From NCBI RefSeq assembly GCF_009914755.1, contig NC_060937.1: a DNA stretch of 64,000 nt. One strand, written 5' to 3'. A program made the translations under genes and the position numbers. Shown piece after piece: positions 42,071 to 55,190 of this stretch (the stretch's first letter is position 1; each line of letters starts with the position of its first letter). This DNA is from the human T2T-CHM13v2.0 reference genome, Homo sapiens. The notes beneath the pieces are model-generated. The model saw nothing but the letters and a program-made list of their open reading frames with translations, ran no database searches and had not been told where the DNA came from.

Positions 42071-42310
42071 CAATTACTTTGAACACAGGTTCTAAACCTT
42101 ATTTACAATAAATGAAGGCAATGACATTTGCATTCAGCTTGCTTTCAGGTAGTTCTGTGAACAGGTCAAATGCAATAGAATGCAATGACCTTATTTTATA
42201 AAATAAGCCTAATTGATAACCAGAGACTCTGTCCTAGCCCCAACTTAAGAAGTTACTTTGTAAAATTAGTATATATACAATGATATGTTTTAAAATAATG
42301 AATTAAGTTT

Positions 42311-42477
42311 CACACATAAAGAGTATTGACCTTATTACTTTTGTCAAGAAAAACGGATAATTATGTGATAAAATGGATAATTTTGTCAAGAAAAATGGAT
42401 AATTATGTGATAAAAATGTCACACATAAAAAGAGTAAAGACCGTATTACTTTTGTCAAGAAAAATGGATAATTATGA
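42311..42477. repeat. Complex local tandem duplication
   Basis: ttttgtcaagaaaaa(c/t)ggataattatg occurs 3 times; cacacataaa...gagta...gacc.tattac occurs twice. Confidence 0.85.
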
Positions 42478-42785
42478 ACCTTCTATAGAAATATCCATGA
42501 TATCTGCTCCAATCAAACCACTTAAATCCACTTTGCAGTGGCATATGAAAATGAAGCCTAGCATGAACTGCAGCTCTGCACACCAGGAATGGCAACCAAG
42601 AAGCAAGCCAACAAAAATATCAAGTTGCCCAAGAATCTTAATTCTTACATCTTCTTTATAAAAGTCTTGTATTTGATTAAAAAGATTAAAATTGCAAATA
42701 TTTTTTGTTTTATCTAAACTCTAGCTTTAAGAAATACTAAAAATAAGAGTAATGAAAAAACTAGTATCAAAAATATTCAGATATG

Positions 42786-43068
42786 GGCCAGGCACAGTGT
42801 AATCCAGTACTTTGGGAGGCTGAGGTGGGCAGATCACTTGAGGTCAGCAGTTCGAGACTAGCCTGGCCAACATGGTGAAACCCTGTCTCTGCTAAAAATA
42901 CAAAAATTACCCAGGTGTGGTGGTGCATGCCTGTAGTCTCAGCTACTAGAGAGGCTTAGGCAGGAGAATCACTTGAACCTGGGAGGCGGAGTTTGCGTGA
43001 GCAGAGATCACCACTGCACTCCAGCCTGGGCGACAGAGCAAGACTCCATCTCCAGACAAACGAAAAAA
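42786..43068 (+). mobile_element. AluS
   Basis: Dimer with small deletions; TSD-like ttcagat flanks. Confidence 0.92.
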
Positions 43069-45382
43069 CAGTTCAGATCTAAATTCTGAGCTCATTTGAA
43101 AGCATAAGCTAATTATTGACTTAGGAAAGTTCATACCCAGATTTAATAAGTTGTTGTTTTATGTCTTTTGTTGAAAGGCAATTAAATCTCACATACAAGT
43201 AGTGAAAGAGTGAGCTGAAGCAAAATCAAAATTGTAAAAAATAACACAGAGTTTGATAAAAGGATGAAATAGGTCAGTTTCATTGAAACCATATTGATAG
43301 CAGATTTGGTTCAAATTTAGTTTTTTTCTTACCTAATTTTTAAAAAATGTTAATCTTCATCTTAGCAAGTCTAACATCAAATGTCTTTTGACAACTGTAC
43401 AGGAGTTTGCACAATTTATTTAAAAATTCAGAAGTGGAGAATATTAACTTTATATTTAAAATGCTTAAACTTAAAAGTTGGTCAATAAATAAACAGCATA
43501 ATATCAAATAAGAAATAAAAGGGTCATATTTTATTTTAATTTCAAAGTCCTTGTAGTTCCCTAGGACATGAAAAATTTTAGTCTGAATCTCAAGTATTCT
43601 TTCTAAAATTAATTATTTAAGGCTTTTCAATAATCTATAGTAGTAAAGAATCAAAGAGGAATATGGTTTTTAGTCTTTAAGAACTCTTACTCTAGAAAAA
43701 AAAATCCAGTCCCACTTCCCACAAATGCCAACACTGCAGTTGTAACAGAGCTTGTCAGGTAAAATTAATAGTGTCATTGCATTATTTTCTCATTGGAATG
43801 GGCACAAATGAGCAAAATAAGAGCCTAGAAAACAATAATAAGATAAATCTGGCACTACTGATTGATTCTGGCTTCTATTAATTTTTATGTCTCAGAGTAA
43901 GAAACAAGCGCACGTTTAGTTTCTGACAAAAATACATTTTTTATTGCTTTCTCTATTATTCATCAAATTAGAGCACCAGACTTGATATCTGTGAAAAGTT
44001 AAGCCAATCAATTTCTTGGAAATAGACAGGAGATGTTTATTTTTAAGAGCTATTTACCAAGCTAAACATTTTAAGAACTGATGATACCTTTCTTTTTGGA
44101 TTATTTATTTTTGAATCATGTGAAGAATTTCAACATGTAATACTGTTAATGTCAATTAATTAAGTAATTTCAAGTAAGTCATTCTTATTTTTAAAGTTCC
44201 CTAAAGGAGTTTTATTTCCCTCTAGTAATTGTGAAATATTTGGATAAACACTTGCTGTGTGAATTTGAGTGTCTTTCTTTCACTGCCTTAACACTATATC
44301 AAGTAATTAGTCCACAGGACTAATTACAAGCATACAGATACTGTTGTTATTAAACTTGTTCACACAGATTAAAATAAGAATGGATCTTAGCGTTGTACAG
44401 TGCACAACTTACCCAAGGGTATATGGCAGACCTGTTTAGTGGTATAGGTAGTCATTTTACGATTATTTTTTTAAGCAAAATCATTATGCTATGACTAAGT
44501 CCCTTTTTGCCAGATCCATACTTTAGATAGGTTACCTATATTGTTACTGCCACAAAAGAGACCATAGGGCTCATAGCAACAGAGGCAGAATAAACGCCTC
44601 AGTGAGATTCCAAGAGCATTAGTCATTTGACAGCTTCTTCTTGTTCACAAAAAAGCAAGGGCAAGCTCAATCTTTCTGATGAACTGAAGGACAGGCGCAG
44701 ACAAAAGGCTGATACTAGAGTCTGATATTTAAGAACAAATGACAACTCTTAAAATGTGCTCTAGCTCTGAAATGCACAAGAAAATATGAAAGTCATTTTC
44801 AAAGCCCATTCCTTGATGTTTCTTTTAAAAAAGAAACATCATCTCTGGAGCTTTTGATTAAAGAAGGGTGTAATCACTCTTTTTAATTCACTCTGATTTC
44901 ACCTCAAAAGGGACGCTCAAGTTCTCTTTATCCCAGTTTGGCTCTTACTTCAAACCAAAGATTTTTTTAAAAAGTTATCACAGTTTGAAGGCTCTTCCCA
45001 AATGCTTGGAACTTCGGGGATATTTACACATACTAAACTATACTTTTTAAAAAAGAAATTGATGGTCCTTATCTGCCAGAGACTAAGTCAGAAGCATTTT
45101 AGTTTAAATACTGTAGCATAGATCATGGGACATAACCCAGGCACGGAATATATATACTTCAAAACTATCCCTGCTGTTTCTCTGCATTCGCTAATATCTC
45201 TACGGCAAACATGCCATGCTTTCTAAAATAATAAGGAAAATTGCCTTTATTTTTTTTTAAAAGAATATGTCATATATTGTGCTTGAAGATTAAAATCTGA
45301 GAATCAGCACCATTTCAGGTCCAAAGATGAGAGATCCTGCTTCCTACGGTGTAACTACAAGAAGAAGAAGAAAAAAAAATAC

Positions 45383-46200
45383 CTCAGAAACCATTGTGTT
45401 AATTGATAAGTGCACGGCTCAATAAAAGAATGGGAAAGGGTTGAGAAGCAGGGGCAGCCAGGGCAGTTAACACTCAAAAGCTGGTGAGCCTGTCCAACTA
45501 ATCTGCCTCGTTTGTTTTCACAGCTTTGCCCGGAACATTTGCAGGGATGGCCCGACACTCCCCGCAGAGCCTGAGAGCGAGTGGCGAGCCAAGATACCAG
45601 CGGCACAATGTTTCACCTGCGCTGCCAGATACTCAGACAGAGAAAACACACGACAGTTTGTCAAAACAGCCATCAGCGCGGCGCGCTCGTTTTTTCCCGC
45701 AGCCCCCGGTCCTGGCTGCCAATGTACACGGCCAGGTTTATCTAAGGGCTGGAGAGCTCCTCTCTTAAATTCCCGGCGAGGTGGGGATGATGTGGCACAG
45801 GAAGGGACCGGGAGCGCTCCCCGGGGAGCCCAGGCGCTACCTGGAAAGGGTTTGCTAGACCCATTAACCCAGGTTCCCACAGCCTTCAGTCTTAGTCAGC
45901 ACCTGCACGGTGAAATGACTCAGACACAAGGAAACCATCAGGATCAAGAGGGGCTCTGAGCTCCACGGGGAAGCTGGGCTTTTTAACCCCCTTTCCCCCA
46001 CCATTGCCTGACTCATATGATTTAAAAAAAAAAAAAATACAACGTGCAATAAAACCTGAGGCAGAATCGGTCTGCCTTTGTCTTCCCTTTGTTATCGTGC
46101 AAAGCAAGCATCAGGGTTGCCTTTGTTGGCTTTCCAATTCGTTGCCAGCAGAAGCCCATGTGATAAGAACTTTTTGATTAAGCTCTAAATCTTTGGCACA
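45383..46200 (-). promoter_or_regulatory. Candidate promoter / first exon region of an unidentified minus-strand transcript
   Basis: Only CpG-dense unique patch in the window (~45520-45910); AP-1 TGACTCA at 45916 and 46009; GATA TGATAAG at 46161 and ~45404; minus-strand donors GAG|GTATTT (exon end 45383) and CAG|GTGAAA (exon end 45617). Confidence 0.55.
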
Positions 46201-48533
46201 TATCTGCAATGCCTAATTATGAAAGATCTAATAATATGTTCCTTGTGTTTCTCTGACAACCACATGCATCTCCATTCAGCATCCCTGACGCTATTGGAAG
46301 TAGAGAAAGATACTGACACTACAAATGATTGCACAGAGAGGAGGGGGCATTCCTTAAACCTACACAGAACGGAGGCTGATGTCTTCATTAGACACATACC
46401 TAGCAGAAGACAAAACAGATTATACACAAAAACAGTTCGTTTAAAGTCAATTTTTGTCAGGAAAAAAAAATTGTGTTGCTTGGCAATTAAAACAAGTAGA
46501 ATAAGATACTTTTTAATTAACATCTTCAAGTGGTAGAGGATGTTCAAATGTTGCTACTGTAGAACTTTCTGCCTCATCCTCTGTCTTTTTTAGATTATAT
46601 ATTTCTAAAAATACATTAGGTGACAGTTTAACAGGCAGGAGAAAGTATGTTGGTTTTCTATACATATGGAAATGAGCTCTCTCAGGCAATAACTGGAACA
46701 ATTGTGGCAAAATCTGTATCAAAGGCAGTGGAAGCTGGGCAACGCTCCCTTCCTATGATCGGTGTGTGAGCCCTGACTTAATGAGCTCCTACTAGAGGTG
46801 CTACCTTGAACAAACAGTGCTTGGTCACCTCCACGCCCCACCCTACAGGCTGCCTGAAAAGTACATAAAGGGAGGCTTCTTAGAAGTGAGATTTACCAAC
46901 TACATTTGACATTTGATCAAAGCGTATGCATTTGCCTCCCTGAAACAGAAGTGAAAAATACCAAAACGCTGTCACCGTACCAGGGGGTTTCAGTCTCAGC
47001 CTTCTGGGAAAACAATCAGGCAATTCTGTTCCCTGACATGCTTTAAAATATACTTTTTAGAAAATAATCATGGATTCTTACACAGAATCAATAGGGTGCC
47101 CATGAAACCATTTTAGTCACACTCTCTGATTCACAAGACTGAAAAATGGGATCAATTATGGCAAGTAAATGGGTGGAGAGGGGGTTCTCTCGCCATTGAG
47201 CTGAGACCTCCCTGGCAGCTTCTCACCTGGGAAACTCAGAGCCATCTTCACTTACATCCCAAAAGATATGCAATACGCATTATTTCTGAATTTTTAGAAC
47301 AAAAGATTAAACAATAGATAGAGGAAGTCATCAGGCTCCATTTTCCAAATGTCAAAGTCATTCTGCAACTGCTTTTCCTAGCTCACCACAAACCTCATGG
47401 TTGTATCTCTTTGTCTTTTGGACTCGGATTCTTCAAGCACTCGAATCCTATGATCCTGTTGTTTCCCCTTTTCTGGCCTTTCACTGATTTAGCTCATTGA
47501 GACCTGACGATATCACATTAGTAGATTTCTTGTTATTTTTTCTGGATTGAACAAATAGTTGTATGTTATTTATATGTTGTCATCAGGCCTGAACTTTGCT
47601 TGAAAAAATTAGATGTCTCATTTTTCTCTAGATGTGTTAACTGTTTCTAGCAAAAAGCAACCTTTAAATCCAGAAAACTTTTCCCAAGTTAATGCATCAC
47701 CAGAAAGTGAAAAAGTTTCCCTTTTCCCTGGTGATCACAGTCGATTAATCGCAGACTCCTGGCGTCCACTGGCCCACCCAGTGTTTGTAGGGTCCCACGT
47801 AAGCAGAGCAGAAATCACTACCGCTGATCAAGGAGAGATGAACAGCATCACTAAACAGTGTTCAGAGACTTAGCAAATCATTAGCAATCTCCTCAGCCAT
47901 GCAGCTAATCTCATCACTCAAATTTCTTGGTTGTTCTGTTTTTCTCTGCCAGATAACACTTTATCAGACTGAAATGGAACTTCCCTCTGATCAGGAATAG
48001 GGCATTCAACAAACTATATACATACCTTTGATAGCTTCCTTTTTGGAAAGTGAGGGAGTTTAATTGATAAAGTACCAAAAAAATGAAACTGGAGTCCTAA
48101 AGTCTAGACACAGTTTTAGCAGCCAAATTGTAAACCAATGGGCTTAGTTTTGACAATCATGTGAAACACAAAGAACTAGAAAAATTTGCTGTCATGGTCT
48201 TTCCTTAACCAAGCATGTAAAGCAAGAAAAAAAAAAGAAAAAAATACAAATAGAAAGTGCTTACCAGCAATCTGGAAAGCACTTTTGAAACAATGTCTAA
48301 AAAATCAAAGTGTTTATTTAAATTTACATTTATTTAAAATAAAAAATTATGCATGGAATTTTAATTCTTGTGTTTGAGTTTTGCTCATCTTAAATTAGTT
48401 CTTATTTTTAGAAGATGCATATATTATATATATTATGCATTATATATATTCATATATATATTACATGTATATTCTTTAAGATCTCCTATTTCTCTCTCTT
48501 TTTTCTAATCTCTCTTTTTAACAAAGCAAGATA

Positions 48534-48756
48534 CAGGTTGAGTATCCCTAATTCCAAAATTTGAAATCCAAAATGCTTCAAAATTCAAAATTTTCTGAGC
48601 ACCAATACTCAAAGGAAAAGCTCACTAGAATATTTTAGATTTCAGATTTTCAGAGTAGGGTTGATCAGCTAAGTATAATGTAAATATTCTAAAAGTCCAA
48701 AAATTCCAAATTCTGAAACACTTCTGATGCCTTTTGGATAAGGGATACACAACCTG
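48534..48756. mobile_element. Tigger4a/MER46A TcMar MITE
   Basis: TIRs caggttgagtatccct... and ...agggatacacaacctg; internal aaaatttgaaatccaaaatgc repeats. Confidence 0.85.
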
Positions 48757-48864
48757 TGTACATAAGAGAACTAACAGAACACTCATAAATGTTACAAGCA
48801 CCTGACGACTAAAAAAGACCGAGACCAGGGCTTACAACTACACTGATGAAAAAGTCACAAAAAA

Positions 48865-49660
48865 ATTAACAGCCACTTTGGAAGATAGTTTGGTGGTTTC
48901 TTACAAAACAAAGCATACTCTTACCGTAAGAACCAGTAATTGTGAGCCTTAGTATTGACCCAAATGAGTTGAACTTATGTCCACACAAAACCTGAACATG
49001 AATGTTTTTAACAGTTCTATTTATAATTGCCAAAAGTGGAAGCGGCCAAGATGCCATGCAGTAGCGGAATGAATAAGCAAGCTGTAGTACATCCATACAA
49101 TGGAATAATATTCAACAATAAGAATAAATGAGCTGTCAAGCCATGCAAAGACATGGAGATACTTTGAATGCATATTGCTGAGCAAAAGAAGCAAATCTGA
49201 AAAGTCTACATATTGTATATGATCCCAACTACATGATATTCTGGAAAAAGCAAAAAACTATTGAGACAGTTAAAAAAAAATCATTTTCCCAGGGCTCAGA
49301 AAGATAGGATAAGGAAAGAATGGGTGAAGTAGAGGGGACTTTTTAGGAAAGTGAAACTATTCTCTATAATACTGTACTGGTAGATACATGACATTATATA
49401 TTTGTCAAAACCATGGAATGTACACTGCAAAGCCACAAAGCAAGACCACTAATGTAAACCACATATTTTAGCTAATAATAATGTATCACTATTGGCTCAT
49501 CAATTGTACCAAACAACACACATTAATACAAGATGTTAATAATAGGGAAAATTGGAGTTGGGGGAGTGAGGGTGAATGTGGGGACCCTGCACTTTCTACT
49601 CAACTTTTCTGTAAACCCAAAACTGCTCTATACATAAAGTCTATTAATTTTTTAAAAATA
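48865..49660 (+). mobile_element. L1MC/MD 3' region
   Basis: acagccactttggaagatagtttgg...cttatgtccacacaaaacctg...aagatgttaataataggg...actttctactcaacttttctgtaaacc. Confidence 0.85.
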
Positions 49661-50654
49661 ATAGTCTTAAAAATGCATACTAATAATGGGTTAAAATGTC
49701 ACTGAAAGTGTCTATGAGTGTCATTCCACAAATATGCCTTCGACAGCTTAGCGGTTTTTTTAGTATTTTTTGTTCTGATTGGATATTAGGGTAACCACTA
49801 ATTATTTTCCTTCAATAAATTATTTAATGATTAGCATTAGGGAGATAAGTGATTCATATCCTAAAACTTATTTAGTTTTATGGTCTATAGAAGGAACACA
49901 TATTTCAATATCCTACTTGCCTTTACTAGTCTAACCCCAGAAAATGAGATTTCTTCCACTTGCCCTTACTAAATCAGTTCAGCTTTGACAGCTTATTACT
50001 TTGTAGACACAACCTTACCAAGAATGCTCTTAACCCCATCATTCTATTCAATGATGAATTATCCATCACTCCAAGGCTGACCCCTCATTACCCTTAATCA
50101 GCATGTCCTGCACTGTCCAATCTGCTGCTAGAACATTAATAACAACCCAGGGCAGGAACTTCCAGTGGCCTTTACATGGAGGCCTGGGTCTGGCAGAGGG
50201 GCCCCAGGGGTTGCCACTTTGTGTTTGCCACTCCCAGCCACCATCCCAAGTTGGAAAGGTGCTCAAAACATATCCTACTTTCTATATTTTTCCATATTGA
50301 AGTTCCAAGTAAAATTTCTTTTGTTAAAAAAAAAAGACTTTGCTGCCAAAATGCTTTTTTGAAAAACCACTGATGTAGACCATATCATCTGCTTTATTAT
50401 AATAAAATTAACTGAATTTCTCTTTAATTTGATGTTGAAACTGTTCATTCTGCTAGTAAGGGAAATTGCCTCTAAAACAAATAAACTGATAGCTAAAATT
50501 ATAGCGAGTAGCTACCACCCAGCAAAAACGTAATGAGCAGATCGAAGCAGCAGATATTGACCTAGAAGAAGACTGAAGAGGTGGGAACCTGGAGCTTGGG
50601 AAGACAGGAGGATTTCCATGTAATTTAGATTAACTGGTGGCAGGGGAAAACATG

Positions 50655-51044
50655 TGCTTTGGTTAAATATGTCTTCCAAAAAGCATGTGTTGGAAACTTA
50701 ATCCCCAGTGCAACAGTGTTGGGAGGTAGGGCCTAATGAGAGATGGTTAAGCTGTGAGGGCAGAATGAGTGGATAAATGCTGTTATCTCAAAGGGGGTTT
50801 GTTACTGAGGGAGTAGGATTTTTTTAAACAGGGGAGTTCAGCCCCCTTTCACACACACACTCTCTCCCTCTCTCCCGAACCTTTCCTTTCCACCATGGAT
50901 GACTCAGCCAGAAGGCCCTCAGCAGATGCCAGCACCTCCACCTTGGACTTCACAGGCTCCAGAACCAAGAGAAATAAATTTCTGTTCATTACAAATTACC
51001 CAGTCCCAGGCATTCTATTATAGCAGCAAGAATAAACTAAGACA
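50655..51044 (+). mobile_element. MSTC/D-like MaLR solo LTR
   Basis: catgtgttggaaacttaatccccagtgcaacagtgttgggaggt...aaataaatttctgttc...aactaagaca. Confidence 0.85.
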
Positions 51045-52278
51045 CTGTGAACAAAGGGAACCTGTTAATATATTTATCCAACTCAATGAAAAGATTTTGC
51101 TGGACAGAATGACAATCTTCATCCCCTGCGAACACTTATATCAGCTACTTTTATTGATACAACCTGGGTATGCTGCCTGAAGACATGAGGCCCCTTCAGC
51201 CTCCTGGTAGCAAATATAGTGGCTCAAGCCTGCATGCCACATAACAGAAGAAGCAAAACACATGCCTGTGGACGTGGGCACATGCATCCCTAACAGAGAC
51301 CACCTTTCTAGTTTATTTGGCAAATAAATACATTTTGTTTACTTTCCCTTTATTTCTTTGTTTTTCATCAGTTGTGAGTCAGTCCAATGAGGTGCTCCTC
51401 GGTCTGGCTCCTCTGCGAAATTGCTGGCCACACCTTCCTTCTTTCCACAAAACTAACACAAGGCTCTTCTGTGCACTAGAAAGGGCTTTTGTTGAAGACC
51501 TGGGATAACAGCAGGTAATTACTGCACAGGCAGGGAAAGACATATGATTGAAGGCACACTAAAAATGTATGTACCATCCCCCATCCCAGGGACCGCCTCA
51601 CTGGCCAACTGCTGAGCTGCCACCAGCTCCCTGTAGTTCCAGGTCTCCTTTGCCATCCCTTGCTCTCTCATCTCCTTTTTAAGCCTGAGCTTCCTTCACA
51701 AAGTGACTGCAACAGGCTCAAAAATTCTAGGCACTTCATTCCATGTGCATATAAGCTCTCGCATTCTTACTATTCCTACTGGGTCAATTTGTTCCTCCAA
51801 AATTTAAGGCTAATAGTTCCTCATCATAGGGTTGTTGAAAGAAGTAAGTAATTTTTTTTTAATTTAGTGCTAACACTGAGTATTTTATATACTTTTTGAG
51901 CACAGTGTTTGCCACTCAATACCCAATAGCAATTGATACTACAATTATCTTTCTCATACAGGAGGTTGTGATAGACACGACTGTACACACCAACATTCAG
52001 TTCTTTCTGAATGTTACACGCCCACAGGCATGTGTTTCACTCCTTCTGTTATGTGGGATGCAGGCCTGAGCCACTGTATTTGCTATCAGAAGGCTGAAGG
52101 GGCTTCACATCTTCAGGCAGCATACCCAGGTTGTATCAATAAAAGTAACTGATATTAGTGTTCCCAGGGGATGAAGATTGTCATTCTGTCCAGCAAAATC
52201 TTTTCACTGAGTTGGATAAATATATTAACAGGTTCCCTTTGTTCACAGTGTCTTAGTTTATTTTTGCTGCTGTAACAG
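51015..52278. repeat. Inverted repeat: 262-bp arms (51015-51276 and 52017-52278), 740-bp spacer
   Basis: Manual reverse-complement alignment gives 19 mismatches and no gaps (~93% identity); ORFs 50899(+) and 52155(-) share the peptide YSSKNKLRHCEQREPVNIFIQL. Confidence 0.97.
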
Positions 52279-52646
52279 TCACTCATGATCTCACTTTTCC
52301 GATCCTTGCAATTAGGCAGGGCCACGAGTCTGGACCACGAGTCTGTCACATGGACAGAGAGAGCAAGTGATATGCAGCACTTCCAGCCAAAGCCCAGAAA
52401 AGCCGGTGTGACAGCTTCACACTCTCTGCTCCCTGCCATGACTGAGGGGCCTTGTGCTACTTTGGTGGTCCCTAAAATTGAGTCATCCCGGACTTCTGAG
52501 TCACCCTGGGGAGGACAGCTACCCTGATGCATCTTCTAGAACTGCACCAAGCGGAGAGTGAGGGAAAAATGCACAGGGTCATGTACACATCTGAGATGTT
52601 GGTGATTCTTATTGCTAATGCATGGCCTAGCCTAATCTGACTAGCA
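51967..52646 (+). mobile_element. Old MLT1 (I/J-like) LTR interrupted by the inverted-duplication arm
   Basis: tgtgatagacac start; after 52278 continues cttgcaattagg...aagtgatatgcagcacttcc...gcctagcctaatctgactagca. Confidence 0.55.
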
Positions 52647-52667
52647 GGGACATCAGGGATGAGTTTT

Positions 52668-53387
<720 letters not shown>

Positions 53388-54399
53388 GCTCTCCGAAGGC
53401 TGGTAGTACCAGGCATCAGTCCGAGATGGACTAAAGCCCAGGAAAGAAAAATTTAGAGACCAAAAGGGGAAGCACTTTTCACATCGATAATATTGTAGGG
53501 CCCATAGTCTGACTAACAATAAACAAGGGAGATTTTTGTAAAATGCAGGACCCCCACCTGCCCCAGTCACTGGGCCACCCCACTCTACCTTTGGTCACCG
53601 CCTCTGCAGTTTGATTCAGCCTCTGACCCGAACACACTGGATAAACCTCCCTCCAGTCAAGACTTATCCTCCCATGGGAAAGCCTGTAAAGAGAGTCAGG
53701 AAAAGCAGCTACAAACAAAGATATTTTTATTTGGAAGAAGACAAAAGAGCTATGACTAATACTTTCTAGGATGTCTTGCCTCTTTAACCCTCTCCCTGTT
53801 TATTATTTGTGCTAATCCCGTCTGCTCCCCTGCAGTTATCCCCAGCCAGGACAGACCTCTGTGTCTTGTATTAGAGACCTTTGAGCAAAGAAGGAGGGAG
53901 TGTGTCTCCCACTCTGCTGCAGACTTGGAGAGAGAGGAATACAGAGAAGAAGGCAGTTAAGGAGAGAAGGATCGTCACATCCCTGAGGCCTTGGGGAGAA
54001 ACAGATGAACAAAATTGGCCTCGGAGTTTTAAGAATGAGGACAGCCAGCCTGCATTGGGTTGTAGACCTAAAGTCTGACGGGAAATTACCTTGGAAGCAG
54101 AGAGCAAAAGAGGACAATTTCAGAAGTGATTATCTAAGCATTATACCTCTAGAAGATCTTGATAATAAATTATCAGAGGGAATTTAGTATAAAGTAGAGA
54201 AAAGCTAAAATTCTCAAGGAATTTGACATCATGTTAAAATGTACAAAGACCTGGAAAAATACTGAATTTTCTAATTAGGGTCTTCAAATAAGATAGGATT
54301 TGTTGAAAAAGAGATCTCTGAATCAACTGAAAAATAATTGATCTATCAAGCAGGCTTGCAGCAACAAAAGGCTCAATAACACAAGATCCATCTGAAGCA

Positions 54400-55190
54400 T
54401 ATGCAATGGAGAGGTCATTTCGAAGGTGTAGGCAGGGTTTGGGGAAACATCCAGGGGTGCTCAAACACCCAGGGATTAGCAAAGTCAGGGGAAGAGGTCA
54501 GCACCCTATCCCTGAAGGGATGAGGAGTGATATGGTTGGACTCTCTGTCCCCACCCACATCTCATCTTGTAGCTCCCATAATTCCCATGTGTTGTGGGAG
54601 GGACCCAGTGGGAGATAACTGAATCATGGGGGTGGGTATCTCCTATGCTCTTCTTGTGATAGTGAATAAGTCTCACGAGATCTGATGGTTTTAAAAATGG
54701 GAGTCTCCCACCACAAGTGCTCTCTCTTTGCCTGCAGGCATCCATGTAAGACGTGACTTGCTTGTCCTTGCCGTTCACCTTCCACCATGATTGTGAGGCC
54801 TCCCCAGCCATGTGGAGCTGTAAATCCAGTAAACCTCTTCTTTTGTAAATTGTCCAGCCTTGGGTATGCCTTTATCTGCAGCATGAAAATGGACTAATAC
54901 AAGGGGAGAGTGTGGTCTTAGCAGAGTTTGACAAGAGCTGGACCAGGAAGACGGCTGGGGTTGGAGCTGGAGTGAGCGGGGCAAAAGGCAGCATCCACCA
55001 GAACTCTGGAGGCAACGAGGAAGCAAATGGAGTGAGACCCCCTCCTCCCTGCCCCTCCCATCCTCCAAAACCACCCAGTGTTCCCCATTGGTCAAAACCG
55101 CTGGGAGCCAGAGGGCAAGAGAGCCTGGTGCTTCGGTCCACAGAGTTTCAGCCTCGCAGAGCAAAGGGCAGGGCAAGAGGCCCAAAGAAG
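54400..55190 (-). mobile_element. ERVL LTR16-like element split by THE1
   Basis: gcagggtttggggaaac...ccagggattagcaa / ttccccattggtcaaa...gggagccagagggcaagagagcc. Confidence 0.55.
54528..54901 (+). mobile_element. THE1 solo LTR
   Basis: tgatatggtt...tgtagctcccataattcccatgtgttgtgggagggacc...gcagcatgaaaatggactaataca; TSD aggag / agggg. Confidence 0.92.

Noticed and set aside
44385-44432. Near-palindrome gttgtacagtgcacaac
   Set aside because: Probably a small hAT MITE remnant (MER91-like); too short to support a structural RNA call
45383-46200. Assigning a gene symbol to the candidate promoter
   Set aside because: No exon or peptide sequence I truly recognise; naming a gene would be a guess
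46787-46805. CTCF-like motif ctactagaggtgcta
   Set aside because: Lacks the GGC core spacing of the consensus; too weak to call
50899-52532. Two ORFs sharing a peptide, as a paralogous gene pair
   Set aside because: The shared peptide simply reflects the DNA inverted duplication; both ORFs begin in unrelated LTR sequence
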